64,000 nt of DNA, taken from assembly GCA_030068145.1 (NCBI GenBank), contig JAPJBO010000148.1, positions 208,409-272,408 of the forward strand, in the 5' to 3' direction. The translations under genes were made by a program, and so were the position numbers. This stretch comes from Diplonema papillatum. Taxonomy: Eukaryota. Below the pieces are notes generated by a model. The model had not been told where the DNA came from, searched no databases, and saw only the letters and a program-made list of their open reading frames with translations. Positions 11,975 through 22,164 of this stretch are shown here, one piece after another (position 1 is the stretch's first letter; each line of letters begins with the position of its first letter).

Positions 11975-12575
11975 GTGCGTGCGTGTGTTAAAGTTCATGT
12001 GTCTTAGAGCGGGTTGTCACTTTCTCCAGTCGGCTTTGAGTTTCCGACACGCTGCTTTTGGGTCCTGTGACTCCTCTCCGAAGGGTCGGTGGGGCGGGAT
12101 CCTTCGGGGGACGGATAGAGCGTGGGGGGCTGTCAGCTTCTCTATCCGGCACTCGGCTCAAGACTCCTGTTTTCATCTTGCGGTGTTAGCTGCACGGGGT
12201 TTTCGGCCCCGTGCAACAGCGAGTGTTGACACAGGCGGCACATCTCACCCGAGGATGTGGCAAGCTCTCTCTGTGCAATGAGCTTGGCCTGTGGTGCAAG
12301 CACCCGTCATGGTCGGCAGTCGCCACCTGGGTCACAGGTTTGAGTCCTGTTCCGAGACTCGCTCGCACGGGGAAGTGGCGCGAATCACTTGTCGCCAAGC
12401 ATTCTGCAATGCTGACGACTGCTACCCCTGTGTGGTGTGTGTGTGCGTGTGATAAAGTTCGTGTGTCTTAGAGCGGGTTGTCACTTTCCCCAGTCGGCTT
12501 TGAGTTTCCGACACGCTGATCCGGGGTCCTATGACTCCTCTCGAAGGGTGGGTGGGGCGTATTCGGGGGACGGAT
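11975..12575 (+). repeat. Two ~150-bp direct repeats (11975-12125 and 12440-12575) separated by ~315 bp
   Basis: 'gtgtg(t/a)taaagttc(a/g)tgtgtcttagagcgggttgtcactttc(t/c)ccagtcggctttgagtttccgacacgctg…gacggatag(a/t)gcg' occurs twice. Confidence 0.6.
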
Positions 12576-13109
12576 AGTGCGCAAACCCGCGAAACCCTCA
12601 AACCCCAAACCCAGGACGGGACTGCCAACCCGAAGATTGGTGTCTTGGTGTCTTTCGGCCGTTTACTTGTTTTGTTGTTTGACCGCGTGCCGGCATCAAC
12701 CCCCGGCTCAACGGCCCTCCGCTGGGAACCCTCGTTGTTGAGGGGTCGAAAGAAACGAGGAAACGACGAGAATCGGGAAGCTTGGCGAGGTCTGGCTGAG
12801 TCGCTGAGCCTGAGGATGTCAGGCGCGCAGGGTGCCACGAACGGGATACGACGGCAAGGAGAAAACGCGTTTTGGGTTTCGTTGAAAGAATGGGAGCAAA
12901 AGCTCGCAGCCCGGAAAGCGCCGGCGAGAGTAACTTGGCACACAGATGAACGAGCACCTCGCCAACGAAGAAGATTTCACACTTTTACCACATACCTACC
13001 CCCACTTCGCCTCTAGCCCCCGTGAACATGCAGCATGGTTTTCCCCCCGTGTTTAAACCCATTTGCGGAGGGTGGAAAATCATGCTTCAATGTTACTGCA
13101 GGGCCTTGG

Positions 13110-13385
13110 GGGTAGAGGGGGGAATGCAAAAACGTGCTCGGAATGGATATGTGCTCAACACCGCACTGGTCCCGTCTGCGCCGTGGTTCGGTCCTTTAAG
13201 CGTTTAGAGGGGGGGGATTGCAAGAACGTGCTTGGAATGGGTATGTGCTCAACACCGCACTGGTCCCGTCTGCGCCGTGTTTCGGTCCTTTAAGCCACGG
13301 ACACATAAGGCGGACCATCATCAGCGAGGAACCTGAGTGTCTGCAGACAGGACTGCGGCGTGAGTCTGGTTAGAGGGGGGGGAGG
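13110..13385 (+). repeat. Two tandem copies (one partial) of the ~170-bp interspersed repeat family
   Basis: Same as 8385-8547. Confidence 0.65.
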
Positions 13386-14306
13386 CGGGTGGAAACCGTT
13401 GAGCGTTATGAACGTTTACGTTCACTCAATGTGTGAGCGATACACGATGTGTTAGTAAACGTTGGCACACGTTGTGGCACGTATTACGACCCTCACCACC
13501 GCCTCGCTAGGCGTCCGACATGACGCATTCAAAACATGACAGCAGGAATAATATGCGTACCTAGCCCCCCCCGTGCATAAGATGGATAGCCAAACCCCCT
13601 TGATTAAGATGGATAACGGGCGAGAATGCCAATCCGTCTTAAACACGGGGGTGAGGTACCCCTGTGCAAAGTGACTACACTGTAGTCTACAGTGCCCCCG
13701 TGTTTAAGATGGATACCCCGCTTGATTAAGATGGATACCGCCAAAACCCGAGTTTTTTATCCATCTTATGCACGGGGGGGGCTAGGTAGCTTAGTTTAAG
13801 ATTCAAAAAAGATAGCACTTCCAGGAAAACGGAGACGACCTTACGGCGTGAAGAGTACAGAAGACGTGGAGTCGAAATCGAAGAACAAGCCTGGTTACTG
13901 GAAAGTATCCGACTAGGACACTTAGGACCTAACTCCAAAAAGCACAAGTTGGGCTTCAAAATCGCCCGAAAGTGCTTCCAAATAAGTCCTTGGCTCGCAA
14001 AATGCCCCTAAACTACCAGAGAAAGCTCGCTCAGGACTTTTTACCGGTTGTGTTTGCGTGTCTTGCTCGTGTAGGGGTAGCCCCGCATGACCTCACGGCT
14101 GTTCAACACGTGGTTCGGTAGTTACAGCACTGGGATCCCTTCGGTTCTTTGCCTGGCAGCTTTTGTCGATCATTTCCTTCCCAGCTGGCGCTTATGTAAA
14201 AATACTCGAGGGGCTGCCTTGTGCTTACTTCGAAGGAGGCTAGAAGGGGAGAAACAATACAACTACAAAGGGATGACGTTTTTGGAATACCGACGAAAAT
14301 GGTGGG

Positions 14307-14480
14307 GGGGGATTGCAAGAACGTGCTTGGAATGGGTATGTGCTCAACACCGCACTGGTCCCGTCTGCGCCGTGTTTCGGTCCTTTAAGCCACGGACACA
14401 TAAGGCGGACCATCATCAGCGTGGAACCTGAGTGTCTGCAGACAGGACTGCGGTGTGAGTCTGGTTAGAGGGGGGGGGGT
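14307..14480 (+). repeat. Copy of the ~170-bp interspersed repeat family
   Basis: Same as 8385-8547. Confidence 0.65.
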
Positions 14481-14654
14481 ACCCACCCACCCCCCAGAAA
14501 TCCGAGAATTTTTTTTTACCTACCAATTTTCCCCCGCGCAGCGGGGAATTTTTTTTTTTTTGGGGCATCTTTTCTGGGGGATTTCTTGGCCCGCGCAGCG
14601 GGGAATTTTTTTTGAGGTTTTTTTTTGGACCCGTGTTAAGATCATCCCAAACCA

Positions 14655-15138
14655 TTATGCGCAACTATGCGCAACGACCCGAAAGTATGCGGAACAGCCC
14701 AAACAACTATGCGCAACTATGCGGAACGACCCGAAAGTATGCGGATCAGCCCAAACGACTATGCGCAACTACGCGGAACAACCTGAAACTATGCGGAAAA
14801 GCCCAAACAACTATGCGCAACTATGCGGAACAACCTGAAACTATGCGGAACAGCCCAAACAACTATGCGCAACTATGCGCAACCGCCCAAACAACTATGC
14901 GCAACTATGCGCAACTATGCGGAACGACCCGAAAGTATGCGGATCAGCCCAAACGACTATGCGCAACTACGCGGAACAACCTGAAACTATGCGGAACAGC
15001 CCAAACAACTATGCGCAACTATGCGCAACTATGCGGAAAGCCCAAACAACTATGCGCAACTATGCGCAACTATGCGCAACTATGCGGAACGACCCCAAAG
15101 TATGCGGAACAGCCCAAACAACTATGCGCAACTATGCG
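14655..15138 (+). repeat. Satellite array with an 11-bp subunit (AACTATGCGCA / AACTATGCGGA…) organised in ~55-bp higher-order units
   Basis: Visible periodicity; the ORFs translate to 'MRNYAQLCATMRN…' repeats. Confidence 0.85.
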
Positions 15139-15288
15139 GAATGCTTTGTGCGCTTCACTCGGTGACAATGATCCGATCACTGAAATGAACGCGAAAGGAA
15201 GAAAATTAAACGAATTGCACTTACGATGGGGTAACCCCCCGAGATAGCCGCTGAATGGTGAGAGAAACAGGCTAGCCCAGGAGGTCAC
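15139..15288 (+). repeat. Split direct repeat component 'B' (150 bp); second copy at 15475-15624
   Basis: gaatgctttgtgcgcttcactcggtgaca…gaaaggaagaaaattaaacgaattgcacttacgatggggtaaccccccgagatagccgctgaatggtgagagaaacaggctagcccaggaggtcac occurs twice, at ~95% identity. Confidence 0.85.
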
Positions 15289-15380
15289 GGGGGACGGAGG
15301 GCGGGAACCCAGGTCCCCTGGACCTCGCGCTGAACGCGGACACGAAAAACAAGACAAGCAAACCGGTGTGGGTGGGTGGG

Positions 15381-15474
15381 AACTTTTGTTGTCTGATTCC
15401 TTTGAATCCGGTGCCCAACACCTTCCTAGAGAGTGGTTCGTTACGCGCTTAGCATTCCCACGATGAATCGACAG
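15381..15474 (+). repeat. Split direct repeat component 'A' (93 bp); second copy at 19718-19810
   Basis: aacttttgttgtctgattcctttgaatccggtgcccaacaccttcctagagagtggttcgttacgcgcttagcattcccacgatgaatcgaca is identical at both positions. Confidence 0.85.
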
Positions 15475-15620
15475 AATGCTTTGTGCGCTTCACTCGGTGA
15501 CAGTGATAAGTTCAATGATAATGAACGCGAAAGGAAGAAAATTAAACGAATTGCACTTACGATGGGGTAACCCCCCGAGATAGCCGCTGAATGGTGAGAG
15601 AAACAGGCTAGCCCAGGAGG

Positions 15621-17340
15621 TCACACCACCAAACCCATATCGCCAGTCAGGAACTGCCTAACTGCAAGTGCCATGTCGGCCATATTCTTATCGGAAATTG
15701 CCGATAACGGAACCCGTGACGGAAGGTCAGCAGGATTCCCGGCGCTTTTTACCCAGCGCACAGATAAGGAAATGTTCATGTGGCGCAGGCGTGTGAGCCC
15801 GTTCACCACGGCATCGTTCAAAGTCTGCGATCGCAGACATGCCCCTTTCCGAGCAACACCCTGCACCGTCGTGTTGTCGACCACGACGGTGACCGTGCCG
15901 CCCGCGTACTTGTCAGGCACTGCCGACACACAAAGTTCAAATGCAAGGGCCTCCAGCTCGTTGATGTGAAGGCCCTTTTCTTTCCTGGACCACCGCGAGC
16001 CCAGAACTTCGATCGCGTTGGTGGCGACGTCAACCAGCACGCCGCCCCATCCCTCGAGACTTGCGTCCACAAACACGGTGAGCGACGGCACCCGGGCCGC
16101 CACTGGCATTCTTCGCTTCTCCAACACCGCGCGAACCCAGCCGTCGAGTAGCCGCTGCACACTACCCGAGAGGCGAACCGTCTGGTCGACGGCCTTCTCG
16201 CCCCGGTTCAGCGCATTCGTCAACCGGCGAAGAAACTTCAAGGCGAAGTAGAACTCGCCGACGAAAACACCCACGATGGCCGACGCGTGCAGCAACCGAC
16301 CACCCAGCGTCTCCAGACCGGACGCGGACATCGCACCCTTGCGCACCTCTACCAGATCCCGTGCCAATTTCTTCGACAACCTTGCCGAAATGCCGACCTT
16401 CCCGCTCTGGTGGTCCCAGTCCACCCCGATAAACTCGTACCGGGTGCTGGCGGTTCTCGTGTCGGCGTCCTTCCACGTAACCTTCGAACGAGCTGCCAAT
16501 TCGTCGACCTTGCGGGACGCCTCGAGCACGTCTTTCCGGGACCCCGCGTAACGCACGTTGTCGACCCACGTGTGCACCGTCACAGCCGCTGGCACCGCAT
16601 GCACCGTCTTAACGAAATCGGGGTGCCCGGCGATCGTCGAAGTCAACGTGTGCATCAATTCCGGTGCACACGTGTGGCCCATCGGCAGGCGGGTGAGTTC
16701 CCACCAATCGCCTGCGTCGTCCTGGAAGCGAAAGGCATCCCGTGCCCCCCGCGGAACTTCTACGCCGTAAAAACCGCAGCGGAGGTCGCGTGTCGAGCCA
16801 CACTCCGCGTGCACCGCGTCGAGGTACGTGCTGACGTGCTTCAGCGGTACCTGGGCCTCGTAGCCATCCGCCTCGATCGCGTCGTTCGCCTCGTGCGTCC
16901 ACAAAATAAAACGTTGGCGCAGAGCGCCTTCCTTTTCCTCCACCACAGTGAAGGGGACGTTGACCGACCTACCCGGGCCGCTAGCCCGTTGCGCAATGCC
17001 GTTCATCTCCAGCTCCTCCGCATGCTTCGCTTGCAGCCGCGAAACCCGTCGAGAAGAAGACGGCCGCAATTTCGCCACATCGAACGTCCGCCGCCACGTC
17101 TCATCGAACCTGGCCCGCGTCGTCTCGTTCATACGCCCACGCAACAGCCCCACGTTCATGGGTCGCACGTTGTCGACGTGCAACGGCGAAGCCTTCTCGT
17201 CCTCCGTCTTCGGTAGGCGCGTCTGTTTGCCGCGCTTGAACACCGAGTGGTGCTGCCGCATGAACCGTCTCGGATCATCGTGGCCCCGCTTCCGGCCCTT
17301 CACAGGTGTTCGGTCACCTCCGCCGTTCTCAACACGCGCG
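15621..17340 (-). CDS. Reverse transcriptase + RNase H (ORF3 of the YR retrotransposon)
   Basis: The C-terminal ~570 aa of the 959-aa ORF carry RT motifs (FILWTHEANDAI, RLPMGHTCAP, WVDNVRYAG) and the RNase H catalytic residues (D in FVDASLEGWG, E in INELEA, D in VVVDNT, D in NPADLPS). The N-terminal ~390 aa of that ORF are a Gly/Pro-rich alternate frame of the YR gene and are not counted as coding. The stop coincides with the repeat boundary. Confidence 0.75.
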
Positions 17341-18457
17341 CCAGTGCCACCACATCCGACGTGTACCGCACCGTCATTTGAGCCAGCGTCGGGTCGACGT
17401 TGTCGGCGGTGTGTTTCGCCAAGCGCGAAATCAGGTGCTCGGGAAATGGAGCCCCCGCCGCTTTCGCGCACACGAGGTGGTCGACCGCCCCTCGTTTGAT
17501 GCTGTGCGCCGAGTACCGGCACATCCGCGGTTCGCGCGCCCACATCCCGTCGAGCTGCGACGTTGTCACCGGCGTCAGCGGGCTGAAATTCCCTGCGCCA
17601 CGTACCAACGCCGCGATCTCCTCCGTCAACGCCCCGCGAATCACTGCTGTTTTGCTCAGACAATACGGGTTTCTGGAACGCCCCTTCGGAAGCGTTCCCC
17701 AGTCGATGATCACCTCCGTGGTGCTCACCAGCACAAAACACGGGCGCGTCAACAGTCTCACCTCCGCCCAGCGCGACGCCGTCTTCCACGCCACGAACGC
17801 TGCCAAACGCAGGTGCGGCACCTGCCGCCTCGCCCACGAAATCAGCGTCTCCCTCGGGATACCCTCCGCCTGGGACAGGGGGATAGACGCCCCATCCCCA
17901 CGAAGCACCGACGCCAGCACCTTCAACGGCTTGCTGTCCACCCCCATATGGCCAAAAACTGCCGAAAGGAGGCGGGAATACCCCAACATCCCCTGGGGTT
18001 CCACTGACGTTGCCACAACAAAAAGCACAGCCACATCCGGGTTGAGGCCCAGTCCACGCCCACTGGCCCACGCCTGGAACCGGCGCCACATATTGCGCCG
18101 GTCGTCCACCGTAGAACTCGCCCATGCCCGACCAACTGCCTGCTGCAAACGGCGGTGCGCCTCCGCCACCGACACCCCATTCTCCTTGTGTCTCGCCGCA
18201 AGAGCCCGGGAAATCCCCACGCCCGTCTTCGACGCCACCAACTCGTGGATCGCCTGCCCGATGACTGAGGCTGCGCGCGCCGACGGTTTCAGCACGTCTG
18301 CTACCCCGAGCGAGGATGCGGGAAACTGCGAAGAGTTGGTTCTCCCGCTCTCGCGTGAAGGGCCGGTGGTCGGGTTCTGATCGGACCGGTCGCTCGGGAG
18401 AAGATGGTCCGCGTCTAGGGCACGCCGAACGGCCGCCAACACCATCTCGGTCTCCAC
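17300..18457 (-). CDS. Tyrosine recombinase (ORF2 of the YR retrotransposon)
   Basis: Motifs read …AWKTASRWAEV… (R), …YSAHSIKRGAVDHL… (HxxR) and …LAKH…MTVRYTSD (H…Y). The frame differs from ORF1/ORF3 and overlaps the ORF3 start by ~40 nt. Confidence 0.7.
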   Translation of the reverse strand: METEMVLAAVRRALDADHLLPSDRSDQNPTTGPSRESGRTNSSQFPASSLGVADVLKPSARAASVIGQAIHELVASKTGVGISRALAARHKENGVSVAEAHRRLQQAVGRAWASSTVDDRRNMWRRFQAWASGRGLGLNPDVAVLFVVATSVEPQGMLGYSRLLSAVFGHMGVDSKPLKVLASVLRGDGASIPLSQAEGIPRETLISWARRQVPHLRLAAFVAWKTASRWAEVRLLTRPCFVLVSTTEVIIDWGTLPKGRSRNPYCLSKTAVIRGALTEEIAALVRGAGNFSPLTPVTTSQLDGMWAREPRMCRYSAHSIKRGAVDHLVCAKAAGAPFPEHLISRLAKHTADNVDPTLAQMTVRYTSDVVALARVLRTAEVTEHL

Positions 18458-18599
18458 TTCGAGAGGAACTCTGTGGTTGGTGAGGGGGGGCCGGCGGCAC
18501 CGTGACTGCCGCGGGGGTGGGAGGATTGCATAAAAGAGGGGGAGGAAGAATAACTGGCCGTGCAGGGGTAGCCCCGCTTACTTGCCGGGGGAACGCCAG

Positions 18600-19717
18600 T
18601 CACTTCCCCCCGTAACCGTTTCCCTGACCATACCAAGACTTGCCCCCTTTTCCGCCTTTGCCTTTCTTCCAAGCAGGCGTCGCGTTCCACTTTGGCGTCC
18701 TGTTCTTCTCCTTCTCCAGGTCCCCTTTGACCTTCGCCATCAACCGCTCGACCAAGTCGCCGGACTCGGCTTCCATTTCCCGTAGCATCCGGGACCGCGG
18801 GACCTTCTCCACGCACCAACCGTAGTTGAGGCGGACATCCAGCAACAGCTCGTTGCCCAGCCGGACCAGCTCTTCGTTGGCCGACCACCCCGCCGACCCG
18901 GCTGCGACCCCAAGGATCCACGTCTTCAGCTTCTCGAAGCTCGCCTTCAAGAACGCGCCCCCCGGGGCTCCGACGTACCCAGCCACGTACTCCGAATGGA
19001 GGTCGCGAACAAGCCCGTGCGGGTCGGACGCCGCAACATCCGCCCACTCGCGGACATCCTTCAGACTGTACCGCACGGGCAGCGCGTAATGTGCTGCCGC
19101 CCCCTCAAAGGCAGCAGCCGACAGGTTGGCCGCCGGTAGCCCCGAAAGCCGTCCGTGTAGCGAGGCGATCTCCGCCTTCTGCTGCTCCACCACTGCGTAC
19201 AGGTCCTTGACCAACGCGGCTAGGCCCCCGCTCGCGTCCACGGACGCCCCAGCAACAGGGGGCGGAGGGAGAACCGGTGGCGCCACCGGCTCAATGGGAT
19301 CGGCCTCGGCGTCCCTCCGCTCCGCCTCGGCCCACATGCGGCACGCGGGCACGCCTTCCTTCCAGCATCCACTCGCCTTCATCACGCGTCGAAACAATGG
19401 GCCGTTCGTGACCCCGACCTCCGCCAGCACAGCAATGAGCTTCCAAGGCTCCCAGGACTCTACGAAGCCTAAGCCCTCCGAGGCAGCCGCAAACTCGAAA
19501 ACTTCGCACGCAACCTTGCGCGCCAACGCAATGGCGTCTCCGGCACCCCGAAAGAAGAACACGGCCCACCTCTCTAACTCCGGCAGGTTCACGGTGCGGC
19601 GAGGAAGGACGGGTCCTACCGCATCTTCGAACGCACTGCGGATATCCGCCGGCACCGCCAGTGGTCGTCGCCTTTCGGAAGGGGCTTGCTGCCATGTTTT
19701 CTTTAACTTGCGTAACA
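18600..19717 (-). CDS. ORF1 of the YR retrotransposon (gag-like; Ala-rich with a Gly/Lys-rich C-terminal tail)
   Basis: A 370+ aa ORF in the same frame as ORF3, immediately 5' of the YR gene. The protein has normal composition and a coiled-coil-like segment, but no recognisable domain. The start is uncertain; a candidate ATG is at ~19381. Confidence 0.5.
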
Positions 19718-19810
19718 AACTTTTGTTGTCTGATTCCTTTGAATCCGGTGCCCAACACCTTCCTAGAGAGTGGTTCGTTACGCGCTTAGCATTCCCACGA
19801 TGAATCGACA

Positions 19811-20175
19811 ACAGCCCAAACAACTATGCGCAACTATGCGCAACTATGCGGAACTATGCGGAACGACCCCACAGCGCAAAAAGCATTCTCCGCATAGTTG
19901 CGCATAGTTGCGCATACTTTGGGGTCGTTCCGCCTAGTTGCGCATAGTTGCGCATAGTTGTTTGGGCTGTTCCGCATAGTTGCGCATAGTTGCGCATAGT
20001 TGTTTGGGCTGTTCCGCATACTTTGGGGTCGTTCCGCATAGTTGCGCATAGTTGTTTGGGTTGTTCCGTACTTGCGCATAGTTTTCGGGGACAAAAATTG
20101 GACGAAAATTGGACGAAAATTGGACCAAAATTGGACCAAAATTGGACCAAAAAATTGGACCAAAAATGGACCAGT
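19811..20175 (-). repeat. Inverted copy of the 11-bp satellite (TGCGCATAGTT)n, followed by an (AAAATTGGACC)n array
   Basis: Reverse complement of the 14655-15138 satellite, so the YR element sits between oppositely oriented satellite blocks. 20088-20175 is a separate 11-bp repeat. Confidence 0.8.
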
Positions 20176-20929
20176 ATCAGGGGGGGTACCGGCCACGGCC
20201 CCAGGGTGGGACATTGTCCGTCGGTATTCCAAAAACGTCATCCCAAAGTGGGTCTTTTTTGTTAAACGCTTACGCCCGCCACTAAACCCAGATTCACCTG
20301 TGTTTCGCAGCACATTTACCTCCTTTGATCTTTTGCAGCTGGCAGCCTCGTCAAGTATTTCCTACAAACAGGTGCGTATACAAAAAAAAATGAATTGGTT
20401 CGGTGTTCACCTGTCTCTGAAAAGAACCCCCCCCCTTTGGTACAGCCACTCCGTTTTGCTTTACTTTTGTAGTGAAGCCGCAAGGTATGTGTAAAAGGAA
20501 CATTTGGTTGAGGGGGTTGCAAGGACGTGCTTGGGAATGGTTGCGCGGGGGGGGGTGGATTTCTTCGGTCGAGTGGAACAGTGCCGGCAGGCAAAACATC
20601 AGAGACTCGGCGCTATTTGTGGCATCGCGTGCTGAGCAGCACTGGACGAGCCGTGGGGAGAGAGGACGCGTGAAATCGGGAAGAGTGTTACCGTACGCTC
20701 AAAGAATGATGGTGGGCTGCGGCAGGACTTTTTGCGATATCTTCTGCAACGGTCATTGCAAGATACCTTCTTCCCCTCCATTGTTGCAACTGACAGCGGG
20801 TCCAGCATTCTTCCTTCAACGATACGGCAAAAGTTTAGTGAGGAGCTAGGAATCGGAAAGGCATGTAAAATTACGGCGCAAGGTGTGTGTCCCGCCGTTG
20901 GGGGGAAAGCTGAGGTTAATGGGCAGGCA

Positions 20930-21260
20930 GTCCTGTCTGCCGTCCATGCGTGTTTGATGCTAGCATCGACTCTTCTCCGGAGAAGATAAGAGGGGGGGTA
21001 ACCCGTCGACGGTGCTACTGTAGCATCGCAACGGGCTTGGCGCGCAGGGGGAAGTCTCAGTTCGTGTTTAGGCAGGACACTGCCTCTCACGCATGTTTGA
21101 TGCTAGCATCGACTCTTCTCCGGAGAAGATTAAAGGGGGGGTAGCCCGTCGACGGTGATACGACGTCTCGGAGCAAGACAACGCGGGCGAATATTAGCTT
21201 CATGTTTAGACACTGCCTCTCATGCATGCTCGATGCTAGCATCAAGTCTTCTTTCGAAGA
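20930..21260 (+). repeat. Three copies of an ~80-bp repeat family with a palindromic core (…aggcaggacactgcctct…catgcatgtttgatgctagcatcgactcttct…)
   Basis: Other copies lie at 23655-23720, 26825-26880, 38095-38180 (inverted) and 50875-50960. Confidence 0.6.
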
Positions 21261-21288
21261 AGGTGTTAAAGGGGAAGAGGCACATGGA

Positions 21289-22164
21289 CTAGTAAACGGA
21301 AACGGAAGGGCTGTACGGTGTCAAGTGAGCGATGCGCAGCTGCGTCCCGGCGTACACATCGGCGACGGAGAACCCGTCGGCTTCGTCCCCCTCCTCACTC
21401 AAGTATCTTGAGATCGTGTCGTCGTCCGGCCGATGCCGGCTGTTCGCAACCTCGTCGGTGACCAGGGTGCCCGTTGGGGAGTGGTACCAACAGCTTTGCT
21501 GCGTGGCGACGGACTTGCCAGCGCCCAGCCAGTCCACGAAGTTCGAGCACACACCAGCGTTGTATGGCGCGGAGGCCAGGACCAAGTCCACCTCGGGGAC
21601 GGCATCGCAAGGGAAGCGGAGTTCTTGCAGGTCGGTCAGTAGCTTGCGCGCGGTCGCCCAGAGGATGAAGGCACCGCAGCTCTCGTCGAGACCGTAAAAC
21701 ATCAGCCAAGCGCGGAACAACAGCTCGTTGACGCGCAACAAGTCCGCCAGCTCATGCACCTCCGCCCGGTTGTCTGGCCGCGTTTCGGCAAGGTAAACGA
21801 GGGCATCATTCAGTATACTGACCCGTCGGTTCTTGTCGAAGAAGTTGGTTGCAGCATCTTCGTCGCCTTGGACCCGGATCGAGCCGTGCCCGAGCAGCCC
21901 CGCCACGGACGCCCGCGCCAGCATTGCCAGCGAATCCTTCGACATGCTGACACTTGCCGTTCCCCGATCTACACCGTCCACTACGCACTCACCGTAAGGC
22001 GCCAGAAGTTCGGCGACATCATCACTCCTAACATGCCCGGGCAACCCCGTGAGCGTCACGTCCGCCGGGTGCGATCGCTGCTTCCTCGCCCAAAGGGGCG
22101 CATCCAGCACCTTTTGTGTGCGAAGCTTTTCGGTCGTTTCCCGAAGGTCGAGGGGCGGCGACAC
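21289..22164 (-). CDS. Hypothetical protein (291-aa ORF, no recognisable domain)
   Basis: A long ORF with protein-like composition. The opposite-strand ORFs are Arg/Pro-rich junk. No homology is recognisable by eye. Confidence 0.3.
   Translation of the reverse strand: MSPPLDLRETTEKLRTQKVLDAPLWARKQRSHPADVTLTGLPGHVRSDDVAELLAPYGECVVDGVDRGTASVSMSKDSLAMLARASVAGLLGHGSIRVQGDEDAATNFFDKNRRVSILNDALVYLAETRPDNRAEVHELADLLRVNELLFRAWLMFYGLDESCGAFILWATARKLLTDLQELRFPCDAVPEVDLVLASAPYNAGVCSNFVDWLGAGKSVATQQSCWYHSPTGTLVTDEVANSRHRPDDDTISRYLSEEGDEADGFSVADVYAGTQLRIAHLTPYSPSVSVY

Larger units (their letters stand above)
15139..19810 (-). mobile_element. Tyrosine-recombinase (YR) retrotransposon, ~4.7 kb, ORF order gag-like / YR / RT-RNaseH, bounded by split direct repeats (VIPER/Ngaro-like architecture)
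   Basis: A YR ORF (R…HxxR…Y motifs) and an RT ORF (…TRLPMGHTCAP…WVDN…) with RNase H (…FVDAS…ELEA…VVDN…NPAD…) are present. The split direct repeats, in element orientation, are A1(19810-19718) – ORFs – B1(15624-15475) A2(15474-15381) [92-bp spacer] B2(15288-15139). Confidence 0.8.

Noticed and set aside
15673-18380. Several long plus-strand ORFs (e.g. 16287-17216, 17306-18007, 17400-18380)
   Set aside because: They are antisense to the RT/YR genes and Arg/Pro/His-rich, as is typical of GC-rich antisense frames. No domains are recognised.
17340-18500. N-terminal ~390 aa of the 959-aa ORF (Gly/Pro/Arg-rich)
   Set aside because: It is a low-complexity alternate frame overlapping the well-structured tyrosine-recombinase ORF. 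The RT homology only begins at ~17340.
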